Positions 1 to 11,393 of a stretch of 64,000 bases of DNA are shown piece by piece. The DNA comes from Octopus bimaculoides. Its lineage: Eukaryota. The stretch's first letter is position 1. The number at the start of each line of letters is the position of its first letter. The translations under genes and the position numbers were made by a program. A model generated the notes under the pieces. The model ran no database searches, was not told where the DNA came from, and worked only from the letters and a program-made list of their open reading frames with translations. Where the stretch lies: positions 131,475,982 through 131,539,981 of the forward strand of contig NC_068982.1 of assembly GCF_001194135.2 (NCBI RefSeq). Direction: 5' to 3'.

Positions 1-41
<41 letters not shown>

Positions 42-51
42 AATAATAATA

Positions 52-82
<31 letters not shown>
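1..82. repeat. (TA)n followed by (TAA)n microsatellite
   Basis: Direct reading of the sequence. Confidence 0.98.
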
Positions 83-174
83 TTAAGATTCAGTTGAATT
101 AGGTGCTTAAGTTGAAGCACCAAGTCAGTCCGGTATTATCCGCACAGCCCGAAGTGAGGTGAATAAATAAGGCG

Positions 175-413
175 AATAAGTAACAAGGATGTGAAGGTAT
201 TAATGCAATATGGCCGTTTCAGGCGGCTCCATTTAATTGAGCAATGCTAGCCTTACATCAATTTGAAGTACAGCGCTGTATTTCAAATTCATGATTTTAA
301 TTTGAAATATGGCGCTGTATTTCAAATTGATGTAACGCTTGCATTGTTCGATTAAATGGAACCGCCTGAAACAGCCGTATTACATTAATACCTTGACATC
401 CTTGTTAATTATT
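175..413. mobile_element. Foldback/MITE-like element: ~115-bp imperfect inverted arms, 9-nt loop, each arm ending in a 30-bp palindrome
   Basis: 175-289 is the reverse complement of 299-413 (aacaaggatgtgaaggtattaatgc... vs ...attacattaataccttgacatccttgtt) with scattered mismatches. Internal palindromes at 260-289 and 299-328. The MITE call is inference; no TSD resolved. Confidence 0.75.
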
Positions 414-476
414 TTATATATATATATATATATAAATACATGAATATATGCAACTTTAAAATCTATGAATTCAATC

Positions 477-477
<1 letters not shown>

Positions 478-548
<71 letters not shown>
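478..548. repeat. (TTA)n microsatellite
   Basis: Direct reading. Confidence 0.97.
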
Positions 549-549
<1 letters not shown>

Positions 550-1042
550 GTGATACTTGTCAATAACTTTATTTTCTTTTAGTTGGCGAGTACGGGAGAC
601 GATTTCAGATGTGCATCGGTTTTATCCAATGTTTCTCAGAAAAGCATAGCCTTCACCGTTCACTGAAGTTGTATACAGAGTATCAAAAAGTTAATATGTA
701 CGACGTTTGAAAAATATTTTAATCAGGAGGCAAGANNNNNNNNNNNNNNNNNNNNNNNNNNNNNNNNNNNNNNNNNNNNNNNNNNNNNNNNNNNNNNNNN
801 NNNNNNNNNNNNNNCTCTTGACCTTTTACAGAATTTCTGAGAATAGTGGAAGGGAGGAGGCGGTCCGAATACTTGCAATAGAGGAGACTACTTCGCTAAA
901 AGCATCTAAGGGGCTGAATGGTGGTGTTAAACCGGGCAACGTTTTAATTCTATTATTTACAATCTATGTAGGCCATGGATTTGAACCGAGAATGCAAAGC
1001 TGGAACAAATGCCGCAAGGTATCTGGTTCCGCCAACCCACTG

Positions 1043-1290
1043 GTACTCTTGTATCTGCTCCGAAAGGCTAAAAGGTAAAGTTGACTCAACGGGATTTTAA
1101 ATCCGAGCGAAGAATTTCATCCGATCTGGAGTTGCTTACATATTATTAATTATGTAAGCATATTTTATCGAAGCCAAAAAGAGAAAAAAAAAAAAGAAAA
1201 AAAACGAAAGGAAAAGTTGAACCCAAAATGTAAAGAGTCGGAAGAAATACTGCAAAGAATTTTGTCCGACGTTCTAACGACAGATCCAGC
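1043..1290 (-). mobile_element. Degraded SINE-B remnant interrupted by an A-rich tract
   Basis: Resembles 39830-40043 (ccgaaaggctaaaaggtaaagttgac; aaatgtaaagagtcggaagaaatactgcaaagaattttgtccgacgttctaacg). Confidence 0.6.
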
Positions 1291-2040
1291 GCACAGGAGC
1301 AGTTACTGATCTCTTCACTTTAATTAATAAAGAAAAATAGACCGTAAATTGAAAGTAAAATAAGTTCTTACGTTTATGTCATCCCCTAAGGAGAATATGT
1401 ATGAAAATAAAGCAGAAGTATTGGATATTGTGGTGAAAGGGAAAATGGAAGTTTGTTAACGTATATTTCAAAGTAATGTAATCTATTCATAAATAAAATA
1501 AACTGCGATGCTCTATGGTGTGTTAGATCATTTTGCTTCAGCACTATCTGCTAAATCTCCATCCCGTGAGGATTGATTTATTTTGGATATTTACTTAGGC
1601 TGATTAAGAGAGCATGCATGGTTATGCATGGTTATAACTGAACTGAAATCGAAGCTGCATAAGAACAATCTAGGTTGAAATAGCAATCTTTCAGTTGTAG
1701 ATTTTTCTATGCTCTCTCTCTCCCTTTCCCCCCTCTCTCTCTCTCTCTTCCACACACATACATATTCAAGCATACCTATATGTATACATACACACATGCT
1801 ATACTCATTGATAACACGCACACAAACGTGTACAAATGCACACACGCATAAACATTTAACCCTAAAACTGTTTTAAAGCCTGAGTACAAATATGTACATA
1901 TATAATTCGTGAATTGAAGTGCACTATGTACATATTAATAGATACATTTTTCTCCTTCTCCTTCTCTTTTTCCCCTCTACTTTGTCTTTCACTCTCCTTC
2001 CCCCCGTTTCTCTCTCTCTATCTATTTAACTATCTATCTA

Positions 2041-2046
2041 AATACC

Positions 2047-2078
<32 letters not shown>

Positions 2079-2299
2079 TGTATGTATGTATGTATGTTTG
2101 TATATATATATATATATATCGATATATATCGATATACGCTTATCAAATCAAGTTGTTCCCGTAGGATTTCCGTCGAAGTATCTGAAACTTTTACAAATGT
2201 ATTTGTGCTTTTAAATATGAGTATGGTGATATATATGTAAATATGTTTGTGTTTGTGTGTGTGTGTGCGTGTGTGCGTCTATGCGTGTGTATGAAGAGA

Positions 2300-2339
<40 letters not shown>

Positions 2340-2420
2340 AAGAAAAAAGAGAGGGAGAGAGAGAGAGAGAGAGAGAGAAAGAAAGAAAAAAGAGAGGGAG
2401 AGAGAGAGAGAGAGAGAGGC
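2041..2420. repeat. Compound microsatellite region: (ATGT)n, (TA)n, (GT)n, (GA)n
   Basis: Direct reading; accounts for the low-complexity ORFs here. Confidence 0.95.
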
Positions 2421-3000
2421 AGAGGTAAATAGATAGAGCGATAGATAGATATATATATCTATATTTATATATTTAAATGTATATGTACACATGCGCGGAT
2501 ATTTCAATATACGTATCTATATATATGCATGCGCGCGCGCGAGCGCGTGTGTGTACTTGTTTGTTACACTTTTGGCAAAAAATGTCTGAATACGAATAGT
2601 AAATATATGTCTAAATATGTTTTGATATAAAGATAACGACTAATTATCTGCTTGGTATATTTGCAAGTAACGAAATGTAATTAATTTATGATATATGAAT
2701 GATGAAATATTATTTCACACTTTCATCTTGTATTTGACATCTGATATTTCAAGGACCATCAATATTTTATAAATTTTATTGGCATGTTATTTGGGCAAAA
2801 AAGGACTAAAAAATTGTTACTTTATGAGGCAATGGACTTGTGTCTAGGAAGAGATCAACTCAGTTAAGTTATGTCATAGGTTTGTTAGACCGGTGGATAC
2901 AAAACGTAAGGCAGATCTTATTCCACAATTATTCGAAATGATCATTTGATTCATCACTTATGTGTTGCACTTTCATTTATATCTACCGCTGCTATACAAG

Positions 3001-3299
3001 AGTTGTATCCTTACACCTCCAATATCGCAATACGCTTGCTATTGTCGACGATAGATAAAGAAACACTGTAATACAGTTATAACAATACAAACTAGAAACA
3101 GAGGCAGTAACAAACGTAACGAACCAACAATCTTTTATTATCCAACAATCAATATTTCCAACACACTAACTCGAACTGTAAACTGTACCTGGACTTTGAA
3201 GACCAAACTACGAACTTCTGACTACGTCAGACCGCTACTATTTATATATAGTGCTCCCGTCTATTCTCATCAGAGGGGTGTCGTACTCTCGCCACAACA
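3001..3299 (-). repeat. 3' LTR
   Basis: Direct repeat of 5104-5404; terminal base mutated. TATA-like tract (~3239-3250) and AATAAA on the minus strand (~3133-3139). Confidence 0.95.
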
Positions 3300-3310
3300 T
3301 CTCTCCTTTT
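3300..3310 (-). promoter_or_regulatory. Polypurine tract AAAAGGAGAGA
   Basis: Immediately precedes the 3' LTR on the minus strand. Confidence 0.85.
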
Positions 3311-3331
3311 GAGATTTATTATTATTATTTT

Positions 3332-3990
3332 TTAGTATCTTTTTCGCTTGGGCATTATCTCAAGGTGTTCGGTCTGCTTCCGTTTTCTCAAGCTGGTTCT
3401 ACGGGACACCATTACTTTCGGTGTTGGGACATCGAATACATCAAAAAATACTTCCATCGGAATTTCTCTCCGTTCTTCGGTATGTCTCTTCTTATTATTT
3501 TTCCTTTTAATGCACACCGTGGGCGCCGCCAACTTAGAGTAATCCACATTTTTGATGATTCTACTTTTTTCAAGTCTGCCCAACTCTTCATTTACGATTT
3601 CAATTGCCGCGAACGGTACTTTTCTGTTGGATTTAAATACAGGCACAATAGTTTCACTTACTTGAAAGCAGGCTTCCGTCTTTTTACATAGATCTAAGTC
3701 GTCCGAATTTTCTCTTCAATTCCTCAGACGATTTATTTGTAATGGGACAACCATTTATATGTTTTGCAGTAGAGACTTATGGGTAGGTACCATAAGTCAA
3801 ATAACTCCAACCAAACTTTACCAAACAGAATGATTGTATTCTCCACAATAAATACTTTTGCTTCGCGTGTTTCTCCTCGAAATGTGGCATCTGTACACAT
3901 TTCCCCCATCAAATGTAATTTATCGACCGTCACGCTACGCGCAATTTTCACTGTTTTACGTAACCTCGGTTTCCGATTTGGCTCCATGTA
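3332..3990 (-). pseudogene. pol: pol remnant: protease C-half, RT N-terminus, fused to a probable integrase-tail segment
   Basis: GEMCTDATFRGETREAKVFIVENTIILFGKVWLELFDLW (protease C-terminal). PVFKSNRKVPFAAIEIVNEELGRLEKSRIIKNVDYSKLAAPTVCIKRKNNK (gypsy RT start). No YxDD, RNase H or integrase core follows. Confidence 0.85.
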
Positions 3991-4099
3991 TCCGAATTTA
4001 TGATTGAAATATCACTACCCGTATCCAACTGTAGTTTAATATTTACACTATTTATTTTTACATTTACGAATTTTCTTGTTTTTATGTCGCATTCACTTT

Positions 4100-5050
4100 C
4101 TGCTGAAAACACCTTGGAACTTTTTGCGTTCGATCCTCGTAATCTCGTTTTGCAGTGTGAGCTCTTGTGACCAAGTTTCTGACAACTATTGCATTTTCTG
4201 TTTTTAAACGAACACTTTTTCCTGAAGTGTAGACCTCTACATCCGTGACATGGATTGGGGCAAGTACTCTTTTTTGGTTATAGGTTCCGGGTCGACACAT
4301 CTGCATTTTTGTGGAATCTTTCTCTTGAATTTTTTTCACGTCGTGTTTCAGGTTTACCATTGCTTGACATTCTTCTGCAATGGTCTGTAGGGTTAAGTCT
4401 TGGTTCGCTTACTCCATTTTTGAGAGAATCCTTGCCCGAATTTCTCTATCTTCGGTTGCCGTAAGGCCTTGTACGAAGATAAGGGATTTAAACATATCCT
4501 GAGTGAATTCCTGAAGTTTAAAGTTTTCACACATACGGTTGACTACTCCGGCGTATGTAATAAAGTCATCATCATCATTCTTTGTTAAGTTCTAACATTC
4601 CATTCGAGTGTTAAATAACGAACTTTTGTCAGAGAAGACCTTTGACAGGTCAATAGTTTCTTGGAAACAAATCTCACTCGACCTTTTGGGCAATATAAAG
4701 TTACAGTAGTGTTCATGCTCGGCTGGAGCTACCTTGCTTAGTAACAATCTCACTTTCTCCTCATCCGACCATGACTTGCAAACTTTGTTAAAAATTTCCT
4801 CGTACCTTCTATAGTACACAGAAACGTAACACCCTCCTTCAGATTATAAGTAAATTCAGAAATCAAGTTCGCCACGCCGTCTGGCGTAAACGAATTTACC
4901 GAATTTTCGGACTTCCTTAGCTGTAACTCAATTAACTATTGTTGTCGTTGTAGTATTTTCTTCTGCAACTCCAGTAGTTGTTTCTGTTGCTTCTCTTGAA
5001 GCTGTATTACTGCAGATAATAGGTTCTCGATAATTTAACAATTTGTATGG
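4100..5050 (-). pseudogene. gag: Disrupted gag with two zinc-knuckle motifs
   Basis: YYRRYEEIFNKVCKSWSDEEKVRLLLSKV... (4592-4819). CHGCRGLHFRKKC and CNSCQKLGHKSSHC (~4152-4250), read in a frame the ORF track does not show. Stops and frameshifts present. Confidence 0.85.
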
Positions 5051-5088
5051 CGCACAAATTGTCAATTAACCTACGTGAGCTTCGAAAA

Positions 5089-5101
5089 ATCCTCGTCGCC
5101 A
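5089..5101 (-). promoter_or_regulatory. Primer-binding site TGGCGACGAGGAT (tRNA-Ser(GCU)-type)
   Basis: Lies 2 nt inside the 5' LTR. Plus-strand ATCCTCGTCGCCA matches the 3' end of eukaryotic tRNA-Ser(GCU)+CCA as recalled; not database-checked. Confidence 0.8.
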
Positions 5102-5103
5102 GA

Positions 5104-5404
5104 TGTTATATCCTTATGCCTCCAATATTGTAGTACGGTTGCTATTGTCGACGATATATAAAGAATACACTGCAACAGTGTTATATTAATACAAAATAGA
5201 AACAGCGGCAGAAACAAACACGTAACGAACCAACAATCTTTTACTAACCAACAATCAATATTTCCAACACACTAACTAGAACTGTAAACTGTACCTGGAC
5301 TTTGAAGACCAAACTACGAACTTCCGACTACGTCAGACCGCTACTATTTATATGTAGTGATCTCGTCTATTTTCGTCAGAAGGTGTCGTACTCTCGCCAC
5401 AACA
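5104..5404 (-). repeat. 5' LTR (TG...CA on the minus strand)
   Basis: Minus strand begins TGTTGTGGCG and ends ...AACA; about 90% identical to 3001-3299 by manual alignment (~31 differences). Confidence 0.95.
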
Positions 5405-5544
5405 ACAAGTATTGTTGCTAGCAACGGTAAAATGCTGCACAAAGAGAATAAGACGTCGAATGCTGGAGGACTACAATCTAGTTGCAAGACATCCGTAAGT
5501 ATAGTCGGCGTTTCTGCAAGAAGAGCTAGTGTTGGGATAATGTC

Positions 5545-5760
5545 TAAAGATGCAACCATAAAAATATTATTTGAATATTATGGAGAAGTGTCTTACTTGT
5601 ATAATCATCCATAATTACATAATATTCGAACAGGATAGTGCAAACTACCATTCTGCTGCATGCGTGAATGACTGGTTTGAAATTAACTATATTGTTCTAT
5701 TAGATAAATGGTCAGGAGCATCCCCTAACTTGAACCTTACAGATAATGCCTTGGGATCAA
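5545..5760 (+). mobile_element. Tc1/mariner transposase catalytic-region remnant
   Basis: YYLNIMEKCL...IFEQDSANYHSAACVNDWF...KWSGASPNLNLTDN resembles the Tc1 motif FQQDNAPxH...WF...WPxxSPDLNPIEN. Confidence 0.65.
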
Positions 5761-6107
5761 GTAAAAACGTTGGTGCTTATAATAGTTCATCAGTTTTATG
5801 GTTGAAAGCCGGCCTAAGTGTATTTACAGCAGTATCATGTGTGTGTGTGTGTGTCTGTGTGTGTGTGCGCGCGCGCATGTTCATTGATTCTTTTACATGT
5901 TCCAGTCATTACACCACGGTGAAGTTGGGACACAGCTTTAAAGGATTCATCGATCCACTATAGGATATTTATTTAAATTTGGTGCTTACATAATCGAATT
6001 TATTCTTCGAACCGCTGGTCACGAATAGAGAGCACCGATTTTCAAGTGGCGTGACTATAAAGGAAGACACGCACATTTACTTACACACATACATACGTAC
6101 ATACATG

Positions 6108-6192
<85 letters not shown>

Positions 6193-6201
6193 CTGCACAG
6201 T

Positions 6202-6333
6202 ATCCGTTAACAACCAAATTTTATTTCCAGGCATTATTCACTCTGCGACTATAGGACTTGAGTAGAAAGCACTTGTCCAAGATACCAAACAGTGAAATCG
6301 AATCTAAAACCATGTGGTTGCAAAGCGAAATTC
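6202..6333 (-). mobile_element. SINE-A 5' half, degraded
   Basis: agtagaaagcacttgtccaagatacc...aaccatgtggttgcaaagc resembles 43475-43633. Confidence 0.65.
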
Positions 6334-6376
6334 TCTCTCTCTCTCTCTCTGTCTCTCTCTGTCTCTCTCTGTCTCT

Positions 6377-6430
<54 letters not shown>

Positions 6431-6929
6431 TTAATCACATGTGCACATAAGGTTACACACATACACATGTATGGATATTAATCATATAATATAGGTCTGG
6501 AGTTATTAACCGATATGTGTTACATTTCAAAAAGGATTAATCTTCGTCCAAAGTCGCCTGGATAATGTGTCTGATGCCAGCACATTGTCATTTATGGATA
6601 TAATATTTATCGCTCTTTGCCATCTCAGGGGAAGCAACAGACTATGCTTGGACATTTCAGCAAGCAGCTAAATGTCATGGTCAGTACGCGATCGTTAGTT
6701 AGCAATGTAATTCTTTCGTTTTGTTACCAACTAGATACTGATATCTCTGACGCTTTCCTTTTTGTTTTAGCTGATTCGAAACTTTGTCAGTTCTGATAAT
6801 GTTAGAGCACTATGTTATGCATTGTACTGTGTTGCGATTAGTGTCTCTCTCTTTTCTTTTTCAGAGGTTGTTTGTGTCTGAGTTTTGCAGGCAAATCACT
6901 GAGTTACTGGAAGTTGCTCTCTGTGCAAT

Positions 6930-7790
6930 ATAAACCTACTAAAGATGTCTAGTTTTGGAGGTTATAGAGAAACTTATCTGGGCTTTGTTGAAAATCTTCA
7001 GCAGGAGACATTGTTACCTATCCATTGTTGAGGTTAAAAAAAACAGCATTTTTAACAGATTGTCATCTGAGTAAATCTTTGAAACTTGGCACAGTACCTA
7101 CAAGTTCTTTACTTATTCAACAAGTTATGGAGACTTTTGGCACGTTAATACTAAATTCTTCTAATGATGGCATTTCTACGTGTAGAGCTTCAAAGTTTGG
7201 TTTCGAGCGTTTGAGATGTTTTCAGGTCTCTATAAACATGTGTGTAGTCTTTCTAGCGAGTATATTCATCTCGAAGAATTAGGGTACCAGAATTGTTGCC
7301 AGTAATCTTAGAATTAAGTAGTAACTCTAAGCAATACGCGTAGAATCACTACTGTTAGGAAAATTCTCAGGATCAAAATTGACATACAACTTGTGAGTGC
7401 GAAACACAAGTGTCAACAAATGTATAGTTATTCCAAAACTCCGGCCTGATTCTTTCTGGTATTGACTCTATGTCAGATATTTCACTGAATACATCCTTCT
7501 TATATCATGGAGTATCAACTTTGTTGAGACGAGCCTGGCAGTTATATTCTAGACACTGGTTGACTGACCATCTTTAGTCACATCTGACAGTTTATGGATA
7601 AACAAAAGTTCAAGAACACTACTTTATGAGACGCCATTAACGACAAGAAATTTCAATGAAAGCAATTTCTTAGTTATCATCAGTTGCTGCTTGTTTGTAA
7701 CATAAAACCCCACTGTTCAAATTTGTCGAAAGCCTTGCAAAGTCTAATGAAATACAATCGATAACGGAACTATAGTGCAAAAAATTGGAT
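6930..7790 (-). mobile_element. Degraded CR1/L2-like LINE reverse-transcriptase 3' region
   Basis: Minus-strand fragments IDCISLDFARL(SD), NGVS*SSVLELLFIHKLSDV (cf. LDFxKAFD, GVPQGSVLGPLLF) and a ...FQQSPDKFL tail; heavily disrupted. Confidence 0.5.
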
Positions 7791-9071
7791 GGTTACTACT
7801 CAATAACTTATTGCTCCCTCGACAATTAAACAAAAGTTGGACAGGCTGTTATTTTTAGTATTATAGTTATGAACTATGTTTGAAGTAGAAGCCTATGATT
7901 AATTATTTAGATGTGTCCTGTTTCCTGGTTTGATTTGTCTCTTTCAAAATCGTTTCAAGTTTGCAACATCTAGAAACTTCTTAGCTTTTATTTATTGTAT
8001 TATATATTTATTAATAAGTTCGTTTTGAAGTTAACATGGTTATTAGTCAGCTGTGCATAACTGAATAGTATTAGTACGTAGCCCTATGTTATCCTATAAT
8101 TAAAGATATTCCAAGCATGATCATATAGTTCTTTCAGGAATAGATTATCTCAGTCTACACCCTTCACAGTGTTCCTTTATTTAAAGAACGTGGAGGGGAA
8201 TTTGAAGAAGATTAGGTAACTATTTCTAGTAGGAGGGGCGACCACATAGAGAATCTCAGTTGGCTCGATAGAATTAATTTAAGGAGTTAGGTATTGGACT
8301 TTGGTGCTGAGCTCGAATGGAGACAGTGAATATGTAATTTAAACTTAGATTCTTGGTAACATAATTGTCATCTGGGTGACATAGCAATACAAATTTCATA
8401 AAATCTGAGTCTACAGCAGGTTTGAAGACAAATATCCGTGCGAATTTCGAACTTTATATCAAAACTGCAGCGAATCTAACTAAAAAAGGCGAGAAAAAAT
8501 AAAGCAAAAACAAACATTAGCTCTAGCTCTATCTGTGTTTCCTTCCTTGTATGTGTATGTTTGAATGCTTGTTTATTCTTCTCTTAGCTATTAGACAGCG
8601 GTTATGTAGTAGCATCACCTTGAAGGGTTTTAGTTGATGAAATCAATCTATATTCGTTATAACAGTTATGAGAATCCCTCCTTCTTCCGGTCGATACAAT
8701 TCACCGTTTGAATGCATACATACGTACATACATACATACATACATACATACATACATAATCGGTACACTTGGTTTCGTTATTAAATTCATAAGTGACAAT
8801 TTGGATAAGCTAAGGTTTTCAGAGAAAAAAAGAACAACAACCAATTAACTCGCACAATGCAAGTACAATCTGAAAGTGGAACAGTAAAAATATACAAAAC
8901 TTTCAATGTTTAAAATGTGACATTATTTTGTTGTCTACATTTCATCGATGGAGCTTTATACATACATACATACATACACACCCACACCCACACACCCACC
9001 CACATATATCGATGTTATTATTATTATTATTATTATATTATTATAATTATTATTATTATTATTATTATTAA

Positions 9072-9147
9072 TCAGGTCGCTGCCGTGAATCGAACTCGGA
9101 ACCTTGGGGTTAGTAGCCCGCGCTCTTAACCACTACGCCATATGCCC
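9072..9147 (-). mobile_element. tRNA-derived SINE head (pseudo-tRNA), next to (TTA)n
   Basis: Minus strand GGGCATATGGCGTAGTGGTTAAGAGCGCGGGCTACTAACCCCAAGGTTCCGAGTTCGATTCACGGCAGCGACC has A- and B-box-like motifs; the acceptor stem does not pair. Confidence 0.75.
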
Positions 9148-9172
9148 GTGGGCATATGGCGTAGTGGTTAAG
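9125..9172. repeat. Perfect 23-bp-arm palindrome, 2-nt spacer (head-to-head SINE heads)
   Basis: cttaaccactacgccatatgccc-gt-gggcatatggcgtagtggttaag. Confidence 0.97.
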
Positions 9173-9252
9173 GCTGGAGGGTATATCAGCCGAAACGTTG
9201 TGTTAACAACAAACAAGATGAGGACGAATATCCGTCAAATGTAGATAATGTA

Positions 9253-9258
<6 letters not shown>
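9170..9258 (+). mobile_element. 5'-truncated copy of the hammerhead-bearing element at 55470-55635
   Basis: aaggctggagggtatatcagccgaaacgttgtgttaac...gatgaggacgaatatccgtcaaatgt is near-identical to 55541-55615 but lacks CTGATG. Confidence 0.85.
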
Positions 9259-9314
<56 letters not shown>

Positions 9315-10226
9315 AAGTATGTATGTATATATATGTTTATATATATATATATATATATATCGTCTGTAAAAAACATAAACCCGAAAGAAGTACGCTCTAA
9401 GATATAGAGCAGTATAAGACCTTTGGGCCAACAGGTTTTAGGATCTGACGATACACCATAAAGCTAAACCCTTTATGGACGGGAAACCTAAGGTAATCCC
9501 ATAAACCAGCCATCCCCATTTATACACACACATATACACACAAATATACATGTGTGTGGGTGTGTGTGTGTGTGTGGGTGTGTATGTGTGTGTGTGTGTG
9601 TGTGTGTGGGTGTGTATGTGTGTGTGGGTGTGTGTGTATGTTTGTATATATTTGAATATTCATACATATGCATATATATTTTTAGTATCCAGCAGATGCT
9701 AAATTGAAAAACAGACTTTTCTATTTCTCCATTTCAAAATTCAACACTTTCATTATAAGTTATTTTTATCTCATATGTCATTGTAAGTAAAATGTTATTG
9801 TTGGTGCGTTAAATCTAATAAATTCTCTCAACATTTACTAAATGAACTTAAGCTAAATAATGAAGCGCCGAGAATAAAGAATTGTTTTTTAAATGACAAA
9901 ACATTTTGTAATCAATCTTTTCTACCTAACTTGGGCATTTCTTTAGTAATAATGAAAAGAAAGTAGAATGAAAAGCAATCCGAATTCAGATGAGAATCAA
10001 GAAAATTGGAAATTCTTTAAGATTATAATGACAATTAATCTAAAGAGATTTTGAGTATAAGTTTAAATAGGTACGTAGATGCGGAATAGCATTGTGTCTA
10101 ATTATATTGTGACTAATCGTTGGGAGATAGCCATACTTATGCTATATACCTTGCCTGTCTAGAACAAGGGTCTTGAAATATTCCTTTAGGATAACTCTTC
10201 TGATTTTGAAAAAAAGTTATCGATAT

Positions 10227-10392
10227 GGGCGCAGGAGTGGCTGTGTGGTTAAGGAGTTCGCTTTGCAGTTATGAGGTTTCGAGTTCAGTCCCACTGTGCA
10301 GTACCTTGGGCAAGTGCCTTCTGCTATAGCCCGGGTCAACTAATACCTTGTGATAGAATTTGGAAGATGGAAACTGTATGGAAGACTGTCAT
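10227..10392 (+). mobile_element. SINE-A 5' half (tRNA-like head plus core)
   Basis: ggagtggctgtgtggttaag...gagttcagtccc...ccttgggcaagtgccttctgctatagcc; reverse complement of the minus-strand copies. Confidence 0.85.
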
Positions 10393-10667
10393 GTGTGTAT
10401 GTGTGTGAATGTATGTGTGTACATATGTATGTATGTATGTACGTGTGTGTATGCTTGTGTGTGTGAGTGTGGGAAAAGTCTTTAGGGAAAAGTCTTTCTC
10501 ACCATTAATAGGATGTTGTTGATGAAGATGTTGATGATGATATTGTTGAGGTTGTATATCCCAAATTAGCCGAGGTCGATTAATCTTATGATCTAATCTA
10601 AAGATCTATAAGCAATTCGTTTTTCGTGCATGTAGCCTTAAAGAAAAAAAAAAAAGAAAGAAAAAAA

Positions 10668-10925
10668 CTGGCCCTCCGTCGGTTACGACGACAAGGGTTC
10701 GGCCTGCTCGTGAAATTTACATGCTAGTGGTTGAGCATTCCACAGAGACACATACCCTCAGGGAGATTCAGGGTGACACCGAATATGACAAGGTTAGCTT
10801 TTTGAAATACAAGTACTACTCATTTTTGCCAAGAACAAGAGGAAGTAAAATTTTTTGTTCAAGGACACAGCACACCACCAGGAATCGAACTCATCTTACA
10901 ATCGTGAGCCGAGTACCCTAACCAC
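10668..10925 (-). mobile_element. SINE-C copy
   Basis: ttgttcaaggacacagcacaccaccaggaatcgaactc...ccctaaccac head. Tail ccgtcggttacgacgacaaggg recurs inverted at ~21220-21248. Confidence 0.7.
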
Positions 10926-11291
10926 CTTCAATTGCAGTCTTATTTCATCGTTCAGTGCATCACATTCTTTAAGACAATAACAACTAAGAGACATGAGAGA
11001 CATTTAGTTGATATTTCCAGCAGGTCGAGTATGGAGTATGGTTCGAAAAATTAATGGGTAGTTTCACGAGCTAAGAAATTAAGCATAAATGTTCAGCTAC
11101 CCTTAATGAGATCTGTTGTTTGGCAACCACTGGTGGAGGATGTATCGTTCCGTATCATAAGACCAGGCTACTGCTGCTGATTAACCTGAATATCTCAACA
11201 CTCTTATGGTTGCTGCCTATTCTTGAAGTCTAGACAGTCTGACTATAATATTAATTCCAACAGATTATTAATAAGAATATAATACGCATAT

Positions 11292-11332
<41 letters not shown>

Positions 11333-11342
11333 NNNNNNNNNN

Positions 11343-11393
<51 letters not shown>

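Larger units (their letters stand above)
3001..5404 (-). mobile_element. Ty3/gypsy LTR retrotransposon, internally deleted (non-autonomous), 2404 bp
   Basis: Two ~300-bp direct repeats (3001-3299, 5104-5404). TSD ACAAG at 2996-3000 and 5405-5409. PBS and PPT in the expected places. gag, zinc-knuckle, protease and RT-start remnants inside. Confidence 0.95.

Noticed and set aside
583-710. Strong acceptor followed by GEYGRRFQMCIGF..., superficially like the SLC22 GEFGRFQ motif
   Set aside because: The similarity covers only a few residues, no matching hydrophobic helix or good donor follows, and all frames stop within ~40 codons.
9072-9147. Functional tRNA gene
   Set aside because: The acceptor stem does not pair; it is a SINE head.
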